From an uncultured Bacillota bacterium (GTDB lineage: Bacteria; Bacillota_I; Bacilli_A; RF39; UBA660): DNA of 64,000 nt. Position 1 is the first letter of the stretch. The number at the start of each line of letters is the position of its first letter. The notes under the pieces were generated by a model, which made no database searches, had not been told where the DNA came from, and saw only the letters and a list, made by a program, of their open reading frames with translations. Below are positions 31,301-43,683 of the stretch, one piece after another. A program made the translations under genes and the position numbers. Where the stretch lies: contig CAMOVA010000001.1 of NCBI GenBank assembly GCA_946626905.1, positions 1,677-65,676 on the forward strand, given 5' to 3'.

Positions 31301-31935
31301 AATCTTTTAATTAAACGTATTCTTTTTTGATTTGACGAATCTTTGATTTCATCAATTTCTTTTTGTAGTTTTTCTACTTCGTCTTTAATATTAACTTCTT
31401 TAAGTAAAGTTTGGATAGCTTCAGCACCCATTCCTACTTTAAAAGTATCACCATATTTTTCATAATATGCACGATATTCTTTATCTGAAATTGTTTGTTT
31501 TTTCTCTAAAGGTGCAGGTCCTGGATCTAAAACAACATATGATACGAAATATAATACTTCTTCTAGATCTCTTGGTGACATATCAAGTACTAATCCCATA
31601 CGTGATGGTACACCTTTAAAGAACCAAATGTGTGAGACAGGAGTTGCTAATTCAATATGTCCCATACGTTCACGACGTACTTTAGAACGAGTTACTTCAA
31701 CTCCACATCTATCACATACAACATTTTTATATCTTAATCTTTTATATTTTCCACAAGAACATTCATAGTCTTTTGTAGGACCAAAGATTTTTTCGCAATA
31801 TAAACCGTCTCTTTCAGGTTTTAAAGTACGATAATTAATTGTTTCTGCTTTTTTAACTTCTCCATAAGACCAATCTCTTATTTTTTCTGGTGAAGCTATT
31901 CCAATTCTTAAACCTTCAAAACTGTTTGCATCCAT
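28306..31935 (-). CDS. rpoC: DNA-directed RNA polymerase subunit beta'
   Basis: 1209 aa. NADFDGD motif, zinc-binding Cys clusters. Confidence 0.97.
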   Translation of the reverse strand: MDANSFEGLRIGIASPEKIRDWSYGEVKKAETINYRTLKPERDGLYCEKIFGPTKDYECSCGKYKRLRYKNVVCDRCGVEVTRSKVRRERMGHIELATPVSHIWFFKGVPSRMGLVLDMSPRDLEEVLYFVSYVVLDPGPAPLEKKQTISDKEYRAYYEKYGDTFKVGMGAEAIQTLLKEVNIKDEVEKLQKEIDEIKDSSNQKRIRLIKRLDVLDAFLESGNKPEWMIMDVLPVIPPDLRPMIQLDGGRFATSDLNDLYRRIINRNNRLKKLLELGAPSIIIQNEKRMLQEAVDALFDNGRRGRNVTGAGNRPLKSLSSMLKGKQGRFRQNLLGKRVDYSGRSVIVVGPSLKMYECGIPKEMALELFKPHVINGLVTKGIASNIKAAKRMIENQDERVWDVVEEKIKEHPVMLNRAPTLHRLGIQAFEPKLIEGRSIRLHPLVCTAFNADFDGDQMAVHVPISVEAQAEARVLMLGANNILKPSDGNPIVTPGQDMILGNYYITIEKAGEVGEGRVFRNPDEALMAYERREISLHTRIAIPASGFKHTLFTDSQKEKYLVTTPGKIKFNEIFPDSFQYINEGTDENIEGITPNKYFLKKGTNIKEAIENMELVKPFGKKVLTKLIAQVYKRYQTTETSIMLDKMKDLGFKESTLSGISIGIGDIIASKKKPEVLKQASETIAQINKQFKRGLITDRERYEKVIETWNGATSTIADELATIIKEHKENPISIMIDSGARGNLSNYNQMAGMRGLMAKPTGEPDEIPIKSSFIDGASVSEFFTGTHGIRKGFVDTALKTADAGYLTRRLVDVAQDIIVKEEDCGTDSGVVVETLYNTDGTIIEPLRERILGRYTNKKVLDPETKEMIVDKNVYITEQLADKIIKAGVTKVSIRTLLTCKSENGVCKHCYGRNLATGHVVEIGEAVGIMAAQSIGEPGTQLTMRTINSGGVAGDDITQGLPRVQELFEARNPKGKATISEINGTVTEIEESNGKYIISVKNDAQVREHTSNYGAKLAVAKGDEVKAGQRLTHGAISPKELLVVTDPITVQQYIVMEIQKVYRSQGVDISDKHIEVMAKRMISKIKIVNSGDSYFLPGTMVNINEFTSKNTALILEGKTPATGRPVLLGITKASLETDSFLSAASFQETTRILTDAAIHGRVDHLNGLKENVIIGKLIPAGTGAKRYQASDYKLENAVDEEPLQLLENQLMD

Positions 31936-34900
31936 TAATCTTCAACCCCTTTCATAACTGATTCAAGATCCTCTAAAGTTGGTTCCATATCATCTAGATT
32001 TTCTTCAACTTCTTCAGGTTCTTCTTCCTCTAGTTCTTCTTGTGGTTCTGATTCTTCTTCAGTAGGAACTTGATAATCTACTGATTCTAAGAAATCATTT
32101 TCTTCTTCCCCTTCAAGTTCTTTTAAATCTACAAAATTTCCTTCTTTATTTAGAACTGTAATATCAAGTCCTAAAGCTTGGAATTCTTTTATTAATACAC
32201 GGAAACTTTCTGGTACTCCTGATGGTGGAAGTGGTGTTCCTTTAACAAGTGATTCATACACTTTAACACGACCAACTACATCGTCTGATTTAACTGTCAT
32301 CATTTCTTGAAGAACATGTGCAGCACCATATGCATATAATGCCCAAACTTCCATTTCTCCAAATCTTTGTCCACCAAATTGAGCTTTACCACCAAGTGGT
32401 TGTTGTGTAACAAGTGAGTAAGGTCCTGTTGATCTTGCATGTAACTTATCATCAACCATATGGTTAAGTTTTATAAAGTACATAACACCAACACTTACTT
32501 TATTATCAAATGGTTCACCTGTACGTCCATCATATAATTGGAATTTTCCATCTTCTGGTAATTTAGCTTCTTTTAAAGCTTCAATTACTTCGTCACGAGT
32601 TGCTCCATCAAATACTGGAGTTGCTACATAAACACCTAATTCACGAGCTGCCATTCCTAAATGCATTTCTAGAATTTGTCCAATGTTCATACGTGATGGA
32701 ACTCCTAGTGGGTTAAGTAAAATATCTACTGGTGTACCATCTTCTAAGTATGGCATATCTTCTTCTGGTAATACAAGTGAGACAACACCTTTGTTACCAT
32801 GACGTCCTGCCATTTTATCTCCAACGCTTATTTTACGTTTTTGTGCTATATAAACTCTAATTATTTTAGAAACACCAGCTGGTAGTTCATCTGAATCCTC
32901 TTTTGTAAAGATTTTTACATCATGAACAATACCTCCACCACCGTGTGGAACACGAAGTGATGTATCTCTAACTTCACGAGTTTTTTCTCCAAATATAGCA
33001 TGTAATAATTTTTCTTCTGAAGTAAGTTCAGCCATTCCTTTTGGAGTAACTTTACCTACTAAGATATCATCATCTTTAACTTCTGTACCTATTCTGATAA
33101 TACCATTTTCATCTAAGTTTTTACGTGCTTCTTCACCAACATTAGGAATATCTCTTGTGAATTCTTCTGGTCCTAATTTAGTGTCACGACATTCAATTTC
33201 ATAATCTTCGATATGAATAGATGTAAATGTATCATCTTTAACTAATCTTTCGTTTAAAACGATAGCGTCTTCATAGTTATATCCATTAAAGTTCATAAAT
33301 GCTACTGTAACATTTCTACCTAAAGCCATTTCTCCTTTATTAGTAGAAGGTCCATCAGCAATTACTTCATCTTTTTTAACTTTATCTCCTAATTTAACAA
33401 TAGGAACTTGATGATAACAAGTACCAGCATTACTTCTTTCAAATCCATTTAAGTAATATGTATCCATTCCTTTTGCTGTCTTAACAATAATCTTGTTAGC
33501 ATCTACATAATCAACAACACCATCAGCTTTACTGATAATAACAGCTCCTGAATCTTTAGCAGCTATTGCTTCAATTCCAGTACCAACTATTGGTGCTTCT
33601 GTTTTAATTAATGGTATAGCTTGACGTTGCATGTTGGCACCCATAAGTGCACGTTTACCATCATCATGATCCAAGAATGGGATACCTTGAGTAGCTATTG
33701 ATACTACTTGTTGAGGTGAAACGTCTGCATAATCTATCTTATCTGAATCAATCATAATATTGTCAGAACGATATCTAACAGGTACTCTTTCATCTAAAAT
33801 CTTACCATTTTCATCTACATTTAATGAAGCTTGTGAAATATAGTAATCTAATTCTTCATCTGCAGTCATATATACTACTTCATCTGTTAACACACCATCT
33901 TTTACTTTTCTATATGGTGTCATAATAAATCCATAATCATTTACTCTAGCATATGATGCTAAAGAAGTAATAAGTCCAATGTTAGGCCCTTCTGGTGATT
34001 CAACTGGACATAATCTACCATAATGTGATGGATTAACGTCACGAACGTCCATACCAGCTCTATCTCTTGAAAGACCTCCAGGTCCTAATGAAGATAATCT
34101 TCTTTTGTTTGTAAGTTCTGCAACTGGGTTAATTTGATCCATGAATTGTGATAATTGACTTGAACCAAAGAACTCTTTGATTGATGCAGTAAGTGGTCTA
34201 ATATTTATTAAAGATTTTGGAGTAACTTCAGTTATTTCTTGAGTACTCATTCTATCTCTAATTACTCTATCAATACGACTTATACCTATTTTGAATTGAT
34301 TTTGAAGTAATTCACCAACTTGTCTAACACGTCTGTTTGATAAGTGATCTATTTCATCAAATTTTCCAATTCCTTCTAATAAGTTTAAGTAATATGATGT
34401 TGCACCATAAATATCTGGTATAGTAAGTCTCTTAACATCTATTGATTGATCATTACCAATAACATTAACTACTTTATCAGGATTTACTTTTGAATAAACT
34501 TTAACCATTTGAACTTTATCATAAGTATCTAAATCTTTATTTATTAAAACTTCTTTTAATCCATATCCATTAGCTAAAATTGGTTTTAATTTTTCGATTG
34601 TTTCTTTATCAATTACTGTTCCTGCTTCAATTACAGTTTTTCCATCTTTGATAGTTTCAGCTAAAGTACATCCAAGTAATCTGTCTGTTAAGTTTAATTT
34701 TTTATTAAATTTATAACGACCTACACGTGCTAGATCATATCTAAATGAATCAAAGAATCTAGTAATCAATTGATTCTTAGCACTATCTAATGTAGATGGT
34801 TCACCTGGTCTTAATTTAGCATGAATATCTATTAATGATTCATCTGTATTTTTATTAGAATCTTTAGCAATTGTATTTTCTAAGTATTCACTCTTACCAA

Positions 34901-35531
34901 ATAAATCTAAAATATCCTCATCACTAGATAAACCTACAGCACGTAATAATGTTGTTAATGGAACTTTTCTTGTTCTATCAATTCTAACATAAATTACATT
35001 TCTAGCATCTACTTCATATTCTAACCAAGTACCTCTATTTGGTATCATTTGTGAAGTTATTACTAGTCTTCCATTTTTGTCTACTTCTTTTCCAAAATAG
35101 ATTGATGGTGATCTAACAAGTTGAGATACGATAACTCTTTCTGCACCATTAATAACGAAAGTTCCGCTTTCGGTCATAACAGGCATATCTCCAAGATAAA
35201 TTTCTTGTTCTTTTACTTCTCCTGTTTCATGATTAAAAAGTCTTGCTTCAACTTTTAAAGGCGCTGCATAAGTTGAATATCTTTCTTTACAACCTTTTAT
35301 TGAGTATCTAGGTTGTTCAAATGAATAGTCACCAAATTCCAAGGATAACTTTCCTTGGAAGTCTTCTATAGGGAATATTTCATCAAATACCTCTTTTATT
35401 CCTTCAGTTATAAACCAATCATATGATTTTTTTTGAATTTCTAATAAGTTAGAAAGTTCAATAGCATTCTTTGTTTTTCCATAATTTCTTCTCTTACGAT
35501 GGTCACCAAATTTTTTAACTTTATATGCCAC
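31935..35531 (-). CDS. rpoB: DNA-directed RNA polymerase subunit beta
   Basis: 1198 aa, conserved throughout, with an acidic C-terminal tail. Confidence 0.97.
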   Translation of the reverse strand: MAYKVKKFGDHRKRRNYGKTKNAIELSNLLEIQKKSYDWFITEGIKEVFDEIFPIEDFQGKLSLEFGDYSFEQPRYSIKGCKERYSTYAAPLKVEARLFNHETGEVKEQEIYLGDMPVMTESGTFVINGAERVIVSQLVRSPSIYFGKEVDKNGRLVITSQMIPNRGTWLEYEVDARNVIYVRIDRTRKVPLTTLLRAVGLSSDEDILDLFGKSEYLENTIAKDSNKNTDESLIDIHAKLRPGEPSTLDSAKNQLITRFFDSFRYDLARVGRYKFNKKLNLTDRLLGCTLAETIKDGKTVIEAGTVIDKETIEKLKPILANGYGLKEVLINKDLDTYDKVQMVKVYSKVNPDKVVNVIGNDQSIDVKRLTIPDIYGATSYYLNLLEGIGKFDEIDHLSNRRVRQVGELLQNQFKIGISRIDRVIRDRMSTQEITEVTPKSLINIRPLTASIKEFFGSSQLSQFMDQINPVAELTNKRRLSSLGPGGLSRDRAGMDVRDVNPSHYGRLCPVESPEGPNIGLITSLASYARVNDYGFIMTPYRKVKDGVLTDEVVYMTADEELDYYISQASLNVDENGKILDERVPVRYRSDNIMIDSDKIDYADVSPQQVVSIATQGIPFLDHDDGKRALMGANMQRQAIPLIKTEAPIVGTGIEAIAAKDSGAVIISKADGVVDYVDANKIIVKTAKGMDTYYLNGFERSNAGTCYHQVPIVKLGDKVKKDEVIADGPSTNKGEMALGRNVTVAFMNFNGYNYEDAIVLNERLVKDDTFTSIHIEDYEIECRDTKLGPEEFTRDIPNVGEEARKNLDENGIIRIGTEVKDDDILVGKVTPKGMAELTSEEKLLHAIFGEKTREVRDTSLRVPHGGGGIVHDVKIFTKEDSDELPAGVSKIIRVYIAQKRKISVGDKMAGRHGNKGVVSLVLPEEDMPYLEDGTPVDILLNPLGVPSRMNIGQILEMHLGMAARELGVYVATPVFDGATRDEVIEALKEAKLPEDGKFQLYDGRTGEPFDNKVSVGVMYFIKLNHMVDDKLHARSTGPYSLVTQQPLGGKAQFGGQRFGEMEVWALYAYGAAHVLQEMMTVKSDDVVGRVKVYESLVKGTPLPPSGVPESFRVLIKEFQALGLDITVLNKEGNFVDLKELEGEEENDFLESVDYQVPTEEESEPQEELEEEEPEEVEENLDDMEPTLEDLESVMKGVED

Positions 35532-35616
35532 TTAATCACCCCTATATACTATAATTAACAAAGATTGTGCTCTAAAAATAAGCACATGTAACCAATTTAA
35601 AATTTTACCAAAATTA

Positions 35617-36210
35617 TTAAGATTTGTCAATGGGTTTTGCCTTTATTATATAAAACCCTTTGTTTTTTTTCACTGTTTCTAAAACATAATGGTCGCTTAG
35701 TCTCTTTATAACAGTTTTTGCTCCTTGATTTTTATTAATAACAAACCATAATTCTCCATCTTTTTTCAAATGTTCTTTAGCACCAATTAATATCTCATAA
35801 AGTATTTCATTTCCAACTCTAATTGGTGGATTTGTTATTATAAAATCATACTTTTTACTAACATTACTATATATATTGCTTTCAAAAGCATTTACTTCTA
35901 CTTTGTTGAGTTTAGAATTTTTTGTTACCAAATCCAAAGCTCGTAAGTTAATATCAATCATGTCAGGCACTATATTTTTAACTTTTGCTATAAAAATACC
36001 AATAGCACCATATCCACAACCAAAATCTAAAACATCACCTTTTATATTATCTAAGTCTATATTTTCAAGTAATGAACGTGTTCCAAAATCCAATCCTTTT
36101 TTTGAAAAAACACCATTATCTGTTATAAACTCAAATTTGTGATTTCTAATTATACAACTAGTATTTTTTTCATTACTAACAATATTTTCATTTGTAAAAT
36201 AATGTGCCAT
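35617..36210 (-). CDS. ybxB: class I SAM-dependent methyltransferase, YbxB/RsmC-like
   Basis: VLDFGCGYG SAM motif, TNPP catalytic motif. Same rplL-ybxB-rpoB position as in Bacillus. Confidence 0.8.
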   Translation of the reverse strand: MAHYFTNENIVSNEKNTSCIIRNHKFEFITDNGVFSKKGLDFGTRSLLENIDLDNIKGDVLDFGCGYGAIGIFIAKVKNIVPDMIDINLRALDLVTKNSKLNKVEVNAFESNIYSNVSKKYDFIITNPPIRVGNEILYEILIGAKEHLKKDGELWFVINKNQGAKTVIKRLSDHYVLETVKKNKGFYIIKAKPIDKS

Positions 36211-36265
36211 AACTACTCCTTTTAAAGACGGTAAAAGCCCATACTTAAGTATAGGCTAATATTTA

Positions 36266-36637
36266 TTATTGTAATTCTACAGTAGCTCCAGCTTCTTCGA
36301 ATTTAGCTTTTAATTCGTTAGCTTCGTCAGCTGATGCGTTTTCTTTAACAACTCCACCGTTGTCAGCAATGTCTTTAGCTTCTTTAAGTCCTAATCCTGT
36401 AATATCTCTAACTAATTTGATAACAGCTATTTTGTTAGCTCCTGCACTAGTTAATACTACGTTTGATGAACTTGGTCCTTCTTCAGCAGCAGCTCCAGCA
36501 GCTGGTGCAGCAGCAACAGCTACAGCACTTGGATCTACACCAAATTCCTCTTTCATTAAATCTACAACTTCTTTAATTTCTAATAAAGACATTTCTTTTA
36601 AAGAATCAATAATTTCTTTTGCGCTTAATTTTGCCAT
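36266..36637 (-). CDS. rplL: 50S ribosomal protein L7/L12
   Basis: 123 aa, Ala-rich hinge, conserved C-terminal domain. Confidence 0.95.
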   Translation of the reverse strand: MAKLSAKEIIDSLKEMSLLEIKEVVDLMKEEFGVDPSAVAVAAAPAAGAAAEEGPSSSNVVLTSAGANKIAVIKLVRDITGLGLKEAKDIADNGGVVKENASADEANELKAKFEEAGATVELQ

Positions 36638-36663
36638 GTTTATTCCTCCTTCTTTCTATTTAA

Positions 36664-37155
36664 TTAATCTTCTAAATTTTTACTATGTAAATCTAAGCAA
36701 ATTGCAAAATCTCTTGGTATTGCCATAAGTCCACTTGCAAACATTGTAAGTAAACCTTCTCTTGATGGAATAGATGCTAATTCTTTTAACATATTAATAT
36801 CAGCTACTTCTCCATCAACATATCCGACTTTTAATTCTAAAGCTTTGTGTTCTTTAGCAAAGTCACTTAAAACCTTAATAGGTGCAACTGCATCTGTACC
36901 AAAGGCAATTGCTTTTGGACCATTTAAATTATCACCTAAATCGATTTTTAAATTATCTAATGCTCTTTTTGTTAAAGTATTTTTATATACCTTATATTCA
37001 GAGTCTGTTTCTTTTAATTTTCTTCTAAGTTCATTTGTTTCACCAACTGTAAGTCCTCTGTATTCGAATAAAACTACTGATGATGAATCTTTGATTTTAG
37101 ATTCGATTTCTGAAACAACATTAGCTTTAGCTTCAATCACTTTTTGATTTGCCAC
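36664..37155 (-). CDS. rplJ: 50S ribosomal protein L10
   Basis: Aligns with B. subtilis L10 from a GTG (MANQKVIEAKAN...) that sits 5 nt after a GGAGGTG RBS. The track ORF starts 10 codons upstream. Confidence 0.85.
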   Translation of the reverse strand: MANQKVIEAKANVVSEIESKIKDSSSVVLFEYRGLTVGETNELRRKLKETDSEYKVYKNTLTKRALDNLKIDLGDNLNGPKAIAFGTDAVAPIKVLSDFAKEHKALELKVGYVDGEVADINMLKELASIPSREGLLTMFASGLMAIPRDFAICLDLHSKNLED

Positions 37156-37315
37156 TACTACACCTCCATCCATATAAAGTACCATATAAAAGCCTTACAT
37201 ACAGTAAGGCCAAAGAATCTAAAAAAGTTCCTCGGTAGGATATTAAGATTTCTCCCCTACTGTCTACGGTACATATAAATTTTCAAACGACAAATTGATT
37301 ATATCATAAACATAA
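37156..37315 (-). promoter_or_regulatory. rplJ leader, probable L10 autoregulatory leader element
   Basis: 160-nt untranslated gap between rplA and rplJ with GC-rich pairing segments (GUAGACAGUAGGGGAGAAAUC...CCUACCGAGGAAC). Confidence 0.4.
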
Positions 37316-38011
37316 TTAAATGTCAAAACTATTTGTATCTATTTTGATACCAGGACCCATAGTAGATGCAACTGATATATTTAAAATATATTTTCCTTTA
37401 ACTACTGCAGGTTTAGATTTTTTAATAACTGCTACAAAAGCATCTAAGTTTTCTACTAATTTAGCATCATCAAATGATACTTTACCAATAATAGCATGAA
37501 CGTTACCAAAACTATCTGTACGATATTCAACACGTCCACGTTTTACATCTTCAACAGCTTTTTTAGTATCCATTGTTACAGTTCCAGTTTTTGGATTAGG
37601 CATTAATCCTTTTGGCCCTAATAACTTACCAATTTTACCTAAAGCAGGCATCATATCTGGAGTAGCGATCATTGTATCGAAATCGAACCAACCTTCTTTT
37701 TCGATTTTTTCAATATAATTCATATCTCCTACATAATCAGCTCCAGCTTCAGTAGCAGCTTTTGCTGCATCACCTTTTGCTAAAACTAAAACTTTTTTAG
37801 TTTTACCAGTACCATTTGGTAATACTATAGCTCCTCTTAATTGTTGTTCTGCTTTTTTAGTATCAAGATTTAATCTCATTGCTATTTCAACAGAACCATC
37901 AAATTTTGTTGTTGAAGTTTCTTTAACTAATTTAATAGCTTCTTCTTTTGTATATAATTTTTGCTTTTCAATTTTTTGTGCAGCTTCTAAATATTTCTTT
38001 CCTTTTTTCAT
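37316..38011 (-). CDS. rplA: 50S ribosomal protein L1
   Basis: 231 aa, conserved. Confidence 0.95.
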   Translation of the reverse strand: MKKGKKYLEAAQKIEKQKLYTKEEAIKLVKETSTTKFDGSVEIAMRLNLDTKKAEQQLRGAIVLPNGTGKTKKVLVLAKGDAAKAATEAGADYVGDMNYIEKIEKEGWFDFDTMIATPDMMPALGKIGKLLGPKGLMPNPKTGTVTMDTKKAVEDVKRGRVEYRTDSFGNVHAIIGKVSFDDAKLVENLDAFVAVIKKSKPAVVKGKYILNISVASTMGPGIKIDTNSFDI

Positions 38012-38073
38012 TATTTAACCTCCTTATGTGGTCTAGCGGATATTCCTTCCACATAGGTATAACCTATGATTAA

Positions 38074-38502
38074 TTAATCTTCTTCAACAGAAACGCCCAT
38101 GTTTTTAGCAGTTCCTGCAACTATTTTCATAGCATCTTCTACTGTATATGCATTTAAATCTGGTAATTTAATTTCTGCTATTTGTTTTAATTGTTCTTTT
38201 GTTAATTTTCCTACTTCTTCATTAGCACCTTTAGTAGCACCTTTTTTAATTCCGATAGTTTTCTTAATTAAAAATGGTGTTGGTGGAGTTTTAATTACAA
38301 AGTCAAAACTTCTATCTTCATAAACAGAAATTTCAACAGGTAATACATCACCCATTCTATCTCTTGTTGCATCATTATATTTAGTACAGAATTCTTGTAA
38401 GTTAACTCCAGCAGGTCCTAAAACAGTTCCAACTGGTGGAGCTGGTGTAGCTTTACCTGCTTCTATTTGAATTTTAATTACTTTTGTTACTTCCTTTGCC
38501 AC
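38074..38502 (-). CDS. rplK: 50S ribosomal protein L11
   Basis: GTG start 8 nt after AGGAGG gives [30 protein letters not shown]. Confidence 0.93.
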   Translation of the reverse strand: MAKEVTKVIKIQIEAGKATPAPPVGTVLGPAGVNLQEFCTKYNDATRDRMGDVLPVEISVYEDRSFDFVIKTPPTPFLIKKTIGIKKGATKGANEEVGKLTKEQLKQIAEIKLPDLNAYTVEDAMKIVAGTAKNMGVSVEED

Positions 38503-38684
38503 GAAAAACACCTCCTATTTATTTTTTCGCGAGTGGTACAAATGCCCAAACTCTAACTTCCGCGCTCCCACTAATCGCTATAAAAAGATATAGCCATGAC
38601 TAATAATAACACAAAAAGTCTTTTTTGTAAATAATTTATTGGCTTTTTTATTAAAAATATATGCATATTTAAAAAAAATAGAAA

Positions 38685-39632
38685 TTAATCTATTTTTTCT
38701 AATTTTTTAATTATATAATTACTATCTTCTTTTTCAAAAGTATATTTATATTTAGCAAACTTATCTTTATTTTCATTTATATATTTTTTAGCTGCTTTTT
38801 CTATTTTTTCATCATCATTTTTAACATTTGGAACATCTACATATTTAGTATTTATCTTTTTATCAGAATTAAGATTTACATAATCAAAATATAATCGATA
38901 AGAACCTTTAGCAATATTAATATCTTCTCTCCAATTACTTTCAGCTCCTATACCAGATGAAACAGTAGTATAAATATATAAATTATTTTTTGTTTGTGTT
39001 ACTTTATCAATAATTATATGCAATTCATCTCCTGCACTACAACCAGTAGGTTTAGCCAAGACATATAGTTTTTGAGTTTTATTATATACAAATGGTTCTA
39101 CAGATTTATGTTGCCATTTTATATTTTTTCCAAAAATTTCTTTTACTTTTTTTTCTACTTTAGAAGCTGATATTGTTTCGTATTCTCTATCAGGATCTAC
39201 TTCTGCCCCAAATCCATCATACCAAGATAAATCATAAACATCTTTTTTATCTAAATAAGTATTTTCTCTAGGAAGTTCAGAAAAAACTAATCGCAATATT
39301 TCTTCATTCGTTAATTTATTTGTTTTATATTGTTCAAAATAATAATTACTGCATAACACTTTACCAGTTAAATTATCAATTAAATATCTATAACTTTCTG
39401 GGTTATATACTTCTATTTCTTTATCTTCTTTAGTCTCTTCTTTCTTAGTAGTTTCTTCTTGTTTAGTTTCTTTCTTTGTTTGATCTTCTTTTTTAGTATC
39501 TTTATTATTATTGTTTAATAATACTACTGTTGCCGATCCTATAAGCGCTAATATAATCATAGTTAAACATACTATAATTACATTCCCTTTCTTTTTATTT
39601 GTGCCCCCGTTATAATTCATTTCTTCATTCAT
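38685..39632 (-). CDS. hypothetical membrane-anchored protein with a K/E/T-rich linker
   Basis: RBS AGGAGAG before ATG (MNEEMNYNGG...). One TM, then a low-complexity KEET-rich stretch and a globular extracytoplasmic domain. Confidence 0.5.
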   Translation of the reverse strand: MNEEMNYNGGTNKKKGNVIIVCLTMIILALIGSATVVLLNNNNKDTKKEDQTKKETKQEETTKKEETKEDKEIEVYNPESYRYLIDNLTGKVLCSNYYFEQYKTNKLTNEEILRLVFSELPRENTYLDKKDVYDLSWYDGFGAEVDPDREYETISASKVEKKVKEIFGKNIKWQHKSVEPFVYNKTQKLYVLAKPTGCSAGDELHIIIDKVTQTKNNLYIYTTVSSGIGAESNWREDINIAKGSYRLYFDYVNLNSDKKINTKYVDVPNVKNDDEKIEKAAKKYINENKDKFAKYKYTFEKEDSNYIIKKLEKID

Positions 39633-39665
39633 AATTACTCTCCTACCTTTCACTATAAATATAAC

Positions 39666-39706
<41 letters not shown>

Positions 39707-39718
39707 AACTTTACATTT

Positions 39719-41482
39719 TTATGTAAAGTTTTCTAATTCTTTTTTTAAATTAACAGCTACATTATGAGGAATAATTGTTTCTAATTCTTCTATTTCAGCA
39801 TTCTTTATGTTATTAATTGTTTTATATTTTTTAAGAAGTTCATTCTTTCTAGTTTTACCTATTCCCTCTATATTATCTAAAACAGATGATATAGCTCCTT
39901 TACTTCTTATTTGTTTATGATAATTGATAGTAAATTTATGAACTTCATCTTGCATTCTTTCTAGATAATAGAACAAATTACTTCTTTTATCTATTTTTAT
40001 TTCTTCATTTGAAGAAGTTATTAGTGCTTCTGTTGTATGTCTATTATCTTTTTTTAGTCCTACAACAGGTATTTTTAAATTTAAACTATCTAATACTTTT
40101 TTAGCTACATTTATTTGTCCAATACCACCATCTACTATTATTAGATCAGCTTTTTCTAAATTATCCATAAGTACTCTAAAATATCTTCTATAAATTACTT
40201 CTTTCATTGTAGCATAGTCATCGTTTTCATCAACTGATATTTTATATTTTCTATAATCATTTTTAGATGGTAATCCACTTTTAAATACAACCATTCCTGA
40301 AACATTATAAGTTCCAAATAAATGTGCATTATCAAATAGTTCTATTCTATCTAATTTATCTAGCGAAAGAACTTCTTTTAATTGTTCATTCGCTTGATAA
40401 GTTCTATCTTTATCTTTATTGATTAATTCATAATCATTTTCTATTTTTATTTTAGCATTTTCTATTGCCATATCCACTATTCTTTTTTTCATACCTTTTT
40501 GTGGAATCACAACTTTAGTATTTAAATATTCTTCTAATATTTTACTATCTACTACATTTGGTACCAATATTTCTTTTGGAACTAATACTTCTTTACTATA
40601 GAATGTTGCGATAAAACGAGTAAGTTCTTCATTAACATCATCAACAATTTCTAAAACTTTTGAAATCCTTCCTTGGATTCTACCATTTCTAATAAAGAAT
40701 ATTTGAACACTTAGATATCCTTTAAATTCATAATATCCTATAACATCTCTATCTACATTATCTACTTCTACTTTTTGCTTAGTTAATGTTATATTTATAT
40801 AATCAAGTAAATCTTTTATTTCTTTAGCGCGTTCAAATTCTAAATTATTTGAATACATTTCCATTTCTTTAGTAAGTTTATTACTAACATCAGATAAATT
40901 TCCTTTTAAAAATTCTATTATATCTTTCTCCATTTGTTTTATTTTATCTTGCTCTACTTCATTTACACAATATCCTAAACATTGTCCTATATGGTAATAA
41001 AGACATGGTTTTTTAGGATATGTGCGACATTTTCTTAAAGGATAAACTCTATTAAGTAAATTGACTACACTTCTAGCAGCTGTTACATTTGGATAAGGTC
41101 CATATAATCTATCTTTATTTTTCTTTTTACCTAAATGTCTTACAACTAAAAGTCTTGGTGATTTTTCATTTGTTAATTCTATGTACGGATATGATTTATC
41201 ATCACGAAGAAGTATATTATATTTTGGATCATATTTCTTTATCAAATTAATTTCAAGTATTAATGATTCTGTTTCGGATTCTACTACTATATATTCAAAA
41301 TCTACTATTTCACTAACAAGTTTAGCTGTTTTACCAGTGTGAATTCTATTAAAATACGAGGAAACTCTTCTTTTTAAATTTTTAGCTTTTCCAACATATA
41401 TAATCACACCATCTTTATTCTTCATTAAATAACATCCTGGTCTATTAGGAAGTATTTCTAATTTCTTCTTGATAAAATCCAT
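39719..41482 (-). CDS. uvrC: excinuclease ABC subunit C
   Basis: GIY-YIG N-terminus (PGCYLMKNKDGVIIYVGKAKNLKRR), UvrBC-binding region, RNase H-like endonuclease and HhH domains. Confidence 0.9.
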   Translation of the reverse strand: MDFIKKKLEILPNRPGCYLMKNKDGVIIYVGKAKNLKRRVSSYFNRIHTGKTAKLVSEIVDFEYIVVESETESLILEINLIKKYDPKYNILLRDDKSYPYIELTNEKSPRLLVVRHLGKKKNKDRLYGPYPNVTAARSVVNLLNRVYPLRKCRTYPKKPCLYYHIGQCLGYCVNEVEQDKIKQMEKDIIEFLKGNLSDVSNKLTKEMEMYSNNLEFERAKEIKDLLDYINITLTKQKVEVDNVDRDVIGYYEFKGYLSVQIFFIRNGRIQGRISKVLEIVDDVNEELTRFIATFYSKEVLVPKEILVPNVVDSKILEEYLNTKVVIPQKGMKKRIVDMAIENAKIKIENDYELINKDKDRTYQANEQLKEVLSLDKLDRIELFDNAHLFGTYNVSGMVVFKSGLPSKNDYRKYKISVDENDDYATMKEVIYRRYFRVLMDNLEKADLIIVDGGIGQINVAKKVLDSLNLKIPVVGLKKDNRHTTEALITSSNEEIKIDKRSNLFYYLERMQDEVHKFTINYHKQIRSKGAISSVLDNIEGIGKTRKNELLKKYKTINNIKNAEIEELETIIPHNVAVNLKKELENFT

Positions 41483-41543
41483 ACGCATCACCACTTATAT
41501 TATACCAAATATTTAAAAAATATGTTAAAATTAAATTGGTGAT

Positions 41544-42116
41544 TTGATGAAACAAATTAAAAACAATATTTCTCACACTTATATTATTAATAAATCCAAA
41601 TTTATTTGTTACTTAATAAAAGTGAATTCTATAGATGAAATAAATGAAAATTTAGAAAAATTAAAGATTGAATACAAAGATGCGACACATCATTGTTATG
41701 CATATATATTAGATAATACAAAACGTTTTAACGATGACAACGAACCTGGTGGAACTGCCGGAATGCCTATTTTAAATGTTTTAGAAAACAATGAATTAAA
41801 CCATATATTATGTGTAGTTATAAGATACTTTGGTGGTATTAAATTAGGAGCTGGTGGATTAGTTAGAGCATATACTAAATCTGTTACTGAAGCATTAGAA
41901 AAAACAGATATAATAGATTTAGTAAAAGGTTATAAAGTAACCATTCAATTTTCATATGATGAAGTAAAAAAAATAGATAATATTCTTAAAGATGTTAATA
42001 TAATAAATAAATCATTTGATGATAAAATAATATATACTTTTTTAATAAGTGATCAAGAATATCAAAAAATAGAAAACAATTTAAATATAATAGAAAAAGA
42101 AGAAGTTTTAATTTAA
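41544..42116 (+). CDS. yigZ: YigZ/IMPACT-family (UPF0029) protein
   Basis: 190 aa, conserved GG.GMPIL and KLGAGGL motifs. Confidence 0.7.
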   Translation: MMKQIKNNISHTYIINKSKFICYLIKVNSIDEINENLEKLKIEYKDATHHCYAYILDNTKRFNDDNEPGGTAGMPILNVLENNELNHILCVVIRYFGGIKLGAGGLVRAYTKSVTEALEKTDIIDLVKGYKVTIQFSYDEVKKIDNILKDVNIINKSFDDKIIYTFLISDQEYQKIENNLNIIEKEEVLI

Positions 42117-42128
42117 ACTTCTTCTTTT

Positions 42129-43622
42129 TTATCTATATAATACCCAAGGGCTTAATCTAGTTCCACCTCTATATGGCATACCACCTTTATATACTTCAAA
42201 GTGTAAGTGTGGACCAGTAGCAGCTCCAGTTTGACCAACTCTACCTATTACTTGACCACGAGATACATTCATACCTGGACTTACAAGTTTTTTACTCATA
42301 TGTGCATATAAAGTATAGTATCCATTATTATGATTAATTAATAAACATATACCATAACTCCAATGACAATTAAATGAAGCAACCGTACCATTGTTAACCG
42401 CATATATAGGTGAACCATATCCTGTACCTGAAATATCAATACCAAAGTGAAGATTACGTCTTCTTGTATATGGATCAATACGATATCCATAATCAGAAGA
42501 AATTGTATAACCACTGTTTGTAGGCCATCCCCATGATTTAGTAGAACCTACACCAGATACTTGTTTTTGACCATAAACAATAATTCTATCAGTCGATGGT
42601 CTTAATTCTTTCTTACCAATTGGTTTTACATATGTAATTGTACCATTAGTAACCTCTACTTCTTGACTAATACGTTCTAGACCATTTTCACCCTTTTGAA
42701 TAACTTGATCATAACCAACTTGTCTAGATGCATCATAACGTTCAACCGTTTTAAATCTATTAACTTCATCTTTAACAACCGATTTTTCAATTACTACTTG
42801 AATTTGTGGGTCTGTCATACCAATAACAACGCTTTGACCTGGGAAAAGTAAACTTTTATCACTAGTAAATGATGGATTTGAAAGCAAAAATTCCTCCACA
42901 CTTATATGATTTTGATAAGCAACTGTAGAAATTGTATCTCCACTTTTAACAGTATAATTCTTTTTTTTGTTGTCCTTACCAAACAGTAAATATTGAGATA
43001 ATTCTTTTGAATCACTATATATTGTCTCAGTAACCGGAATATTCATTTTCTTAATTGTAATATCATCTTTTACATAAATATTATTAATATATGAACCTGT
43101 TGATATTATTTTTTGTTGAGTTTCATTTTTATATTTTTCATACTCTTCAATACCCGCATATGTTTTAAACATATTAACAACTGATTCATCAAATACATTT
43201 TTATCAGTAGTATAAACTACAATTTTTTTATTTGATTCTTTTTTCTTACCTTTTACTTTCGTATTAATAGTAAATTTATATCCTTTAACAGTAAAAGGTT
43301 TTAATTCTTGAATTTGATCATATATATCTTCAACAGAATCTAATTTACCATTATAAGTTAGTATTTTTTGTATAGAAATACCATTTGGCGAATAAACCTT
43401 ATTCACATTAAATTGTCTTTTATATACTTCATTATTTTTATCAATATATTCTTCTAACTCAGATTTTGATTTAACAACACCAAGCATATCACCATCTAAA
43501 TAAATTTCATAAAACTCATCAGGTTCTTTATTACTTTGATAAGAAGATGGTAATAAAATAGCTATAATAGCTACACTTAATAGAGTTAATAAACATATTA
43601 AAATTTCCTTTGTGTTTTTCAT
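42129..43622 (-). CDS. membrane-anchored M23 metallopeptidase with LysM domain
   Basis: LysM (YTVKSGDTISTVAY). C-terminal M23 HxxxD...HLHFE (GIDISGTGYGSPIYAV...GPHLHFEV). Confidence 0.75.
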   Translation of the reverse strand: MKNTKEILICLLTLLSVAIIAILLPSSYQSNKEPDEFYEIYLDGDMLGVVKSKSELEEYIDKNNEVYKRQFNVNKVYSPNGISIQKILTYNGKLDSVEDIYDQIQELKPFTVKGYKFTINTKVKGKKKESNKKIVVYTTDKNVFDESVVNMFKTYAGIEEYEKYKNETQQKIISTGSYINNIYVKDDITIKKMNIPVTETIYSDSKELSQYLLFGKDNKKKNYTVKSGDTISTVAYQNHISVEEFLLSNPSFTSDKSLLFPGQSVVIGMTDPQIQVVIEKSVVKDEVNRFKTVERYDASRQVGYDQVIQKGENGLERISQEVEVTNGTITYVKPIGKKELRPSTDRIIVYGQKQVSGVGSTKSWGWPTNSGYTISSDYGYRIDPYTRRRNLHFGIDISGTGYGSPIYAVNNGTVASFNCHWSYGICLLINHNNGYYTLYAHMSKKLVSPGMNVSRGQVIGRVGQTGAATGPHLHFEVYKGGMPYRGGTRLSPWVLYR

Positions 43623-43683
43623 AACATCACCATTTTTAACATAAAAATTATATCATAAGAAAACTATATTAGTCAAACAAATA

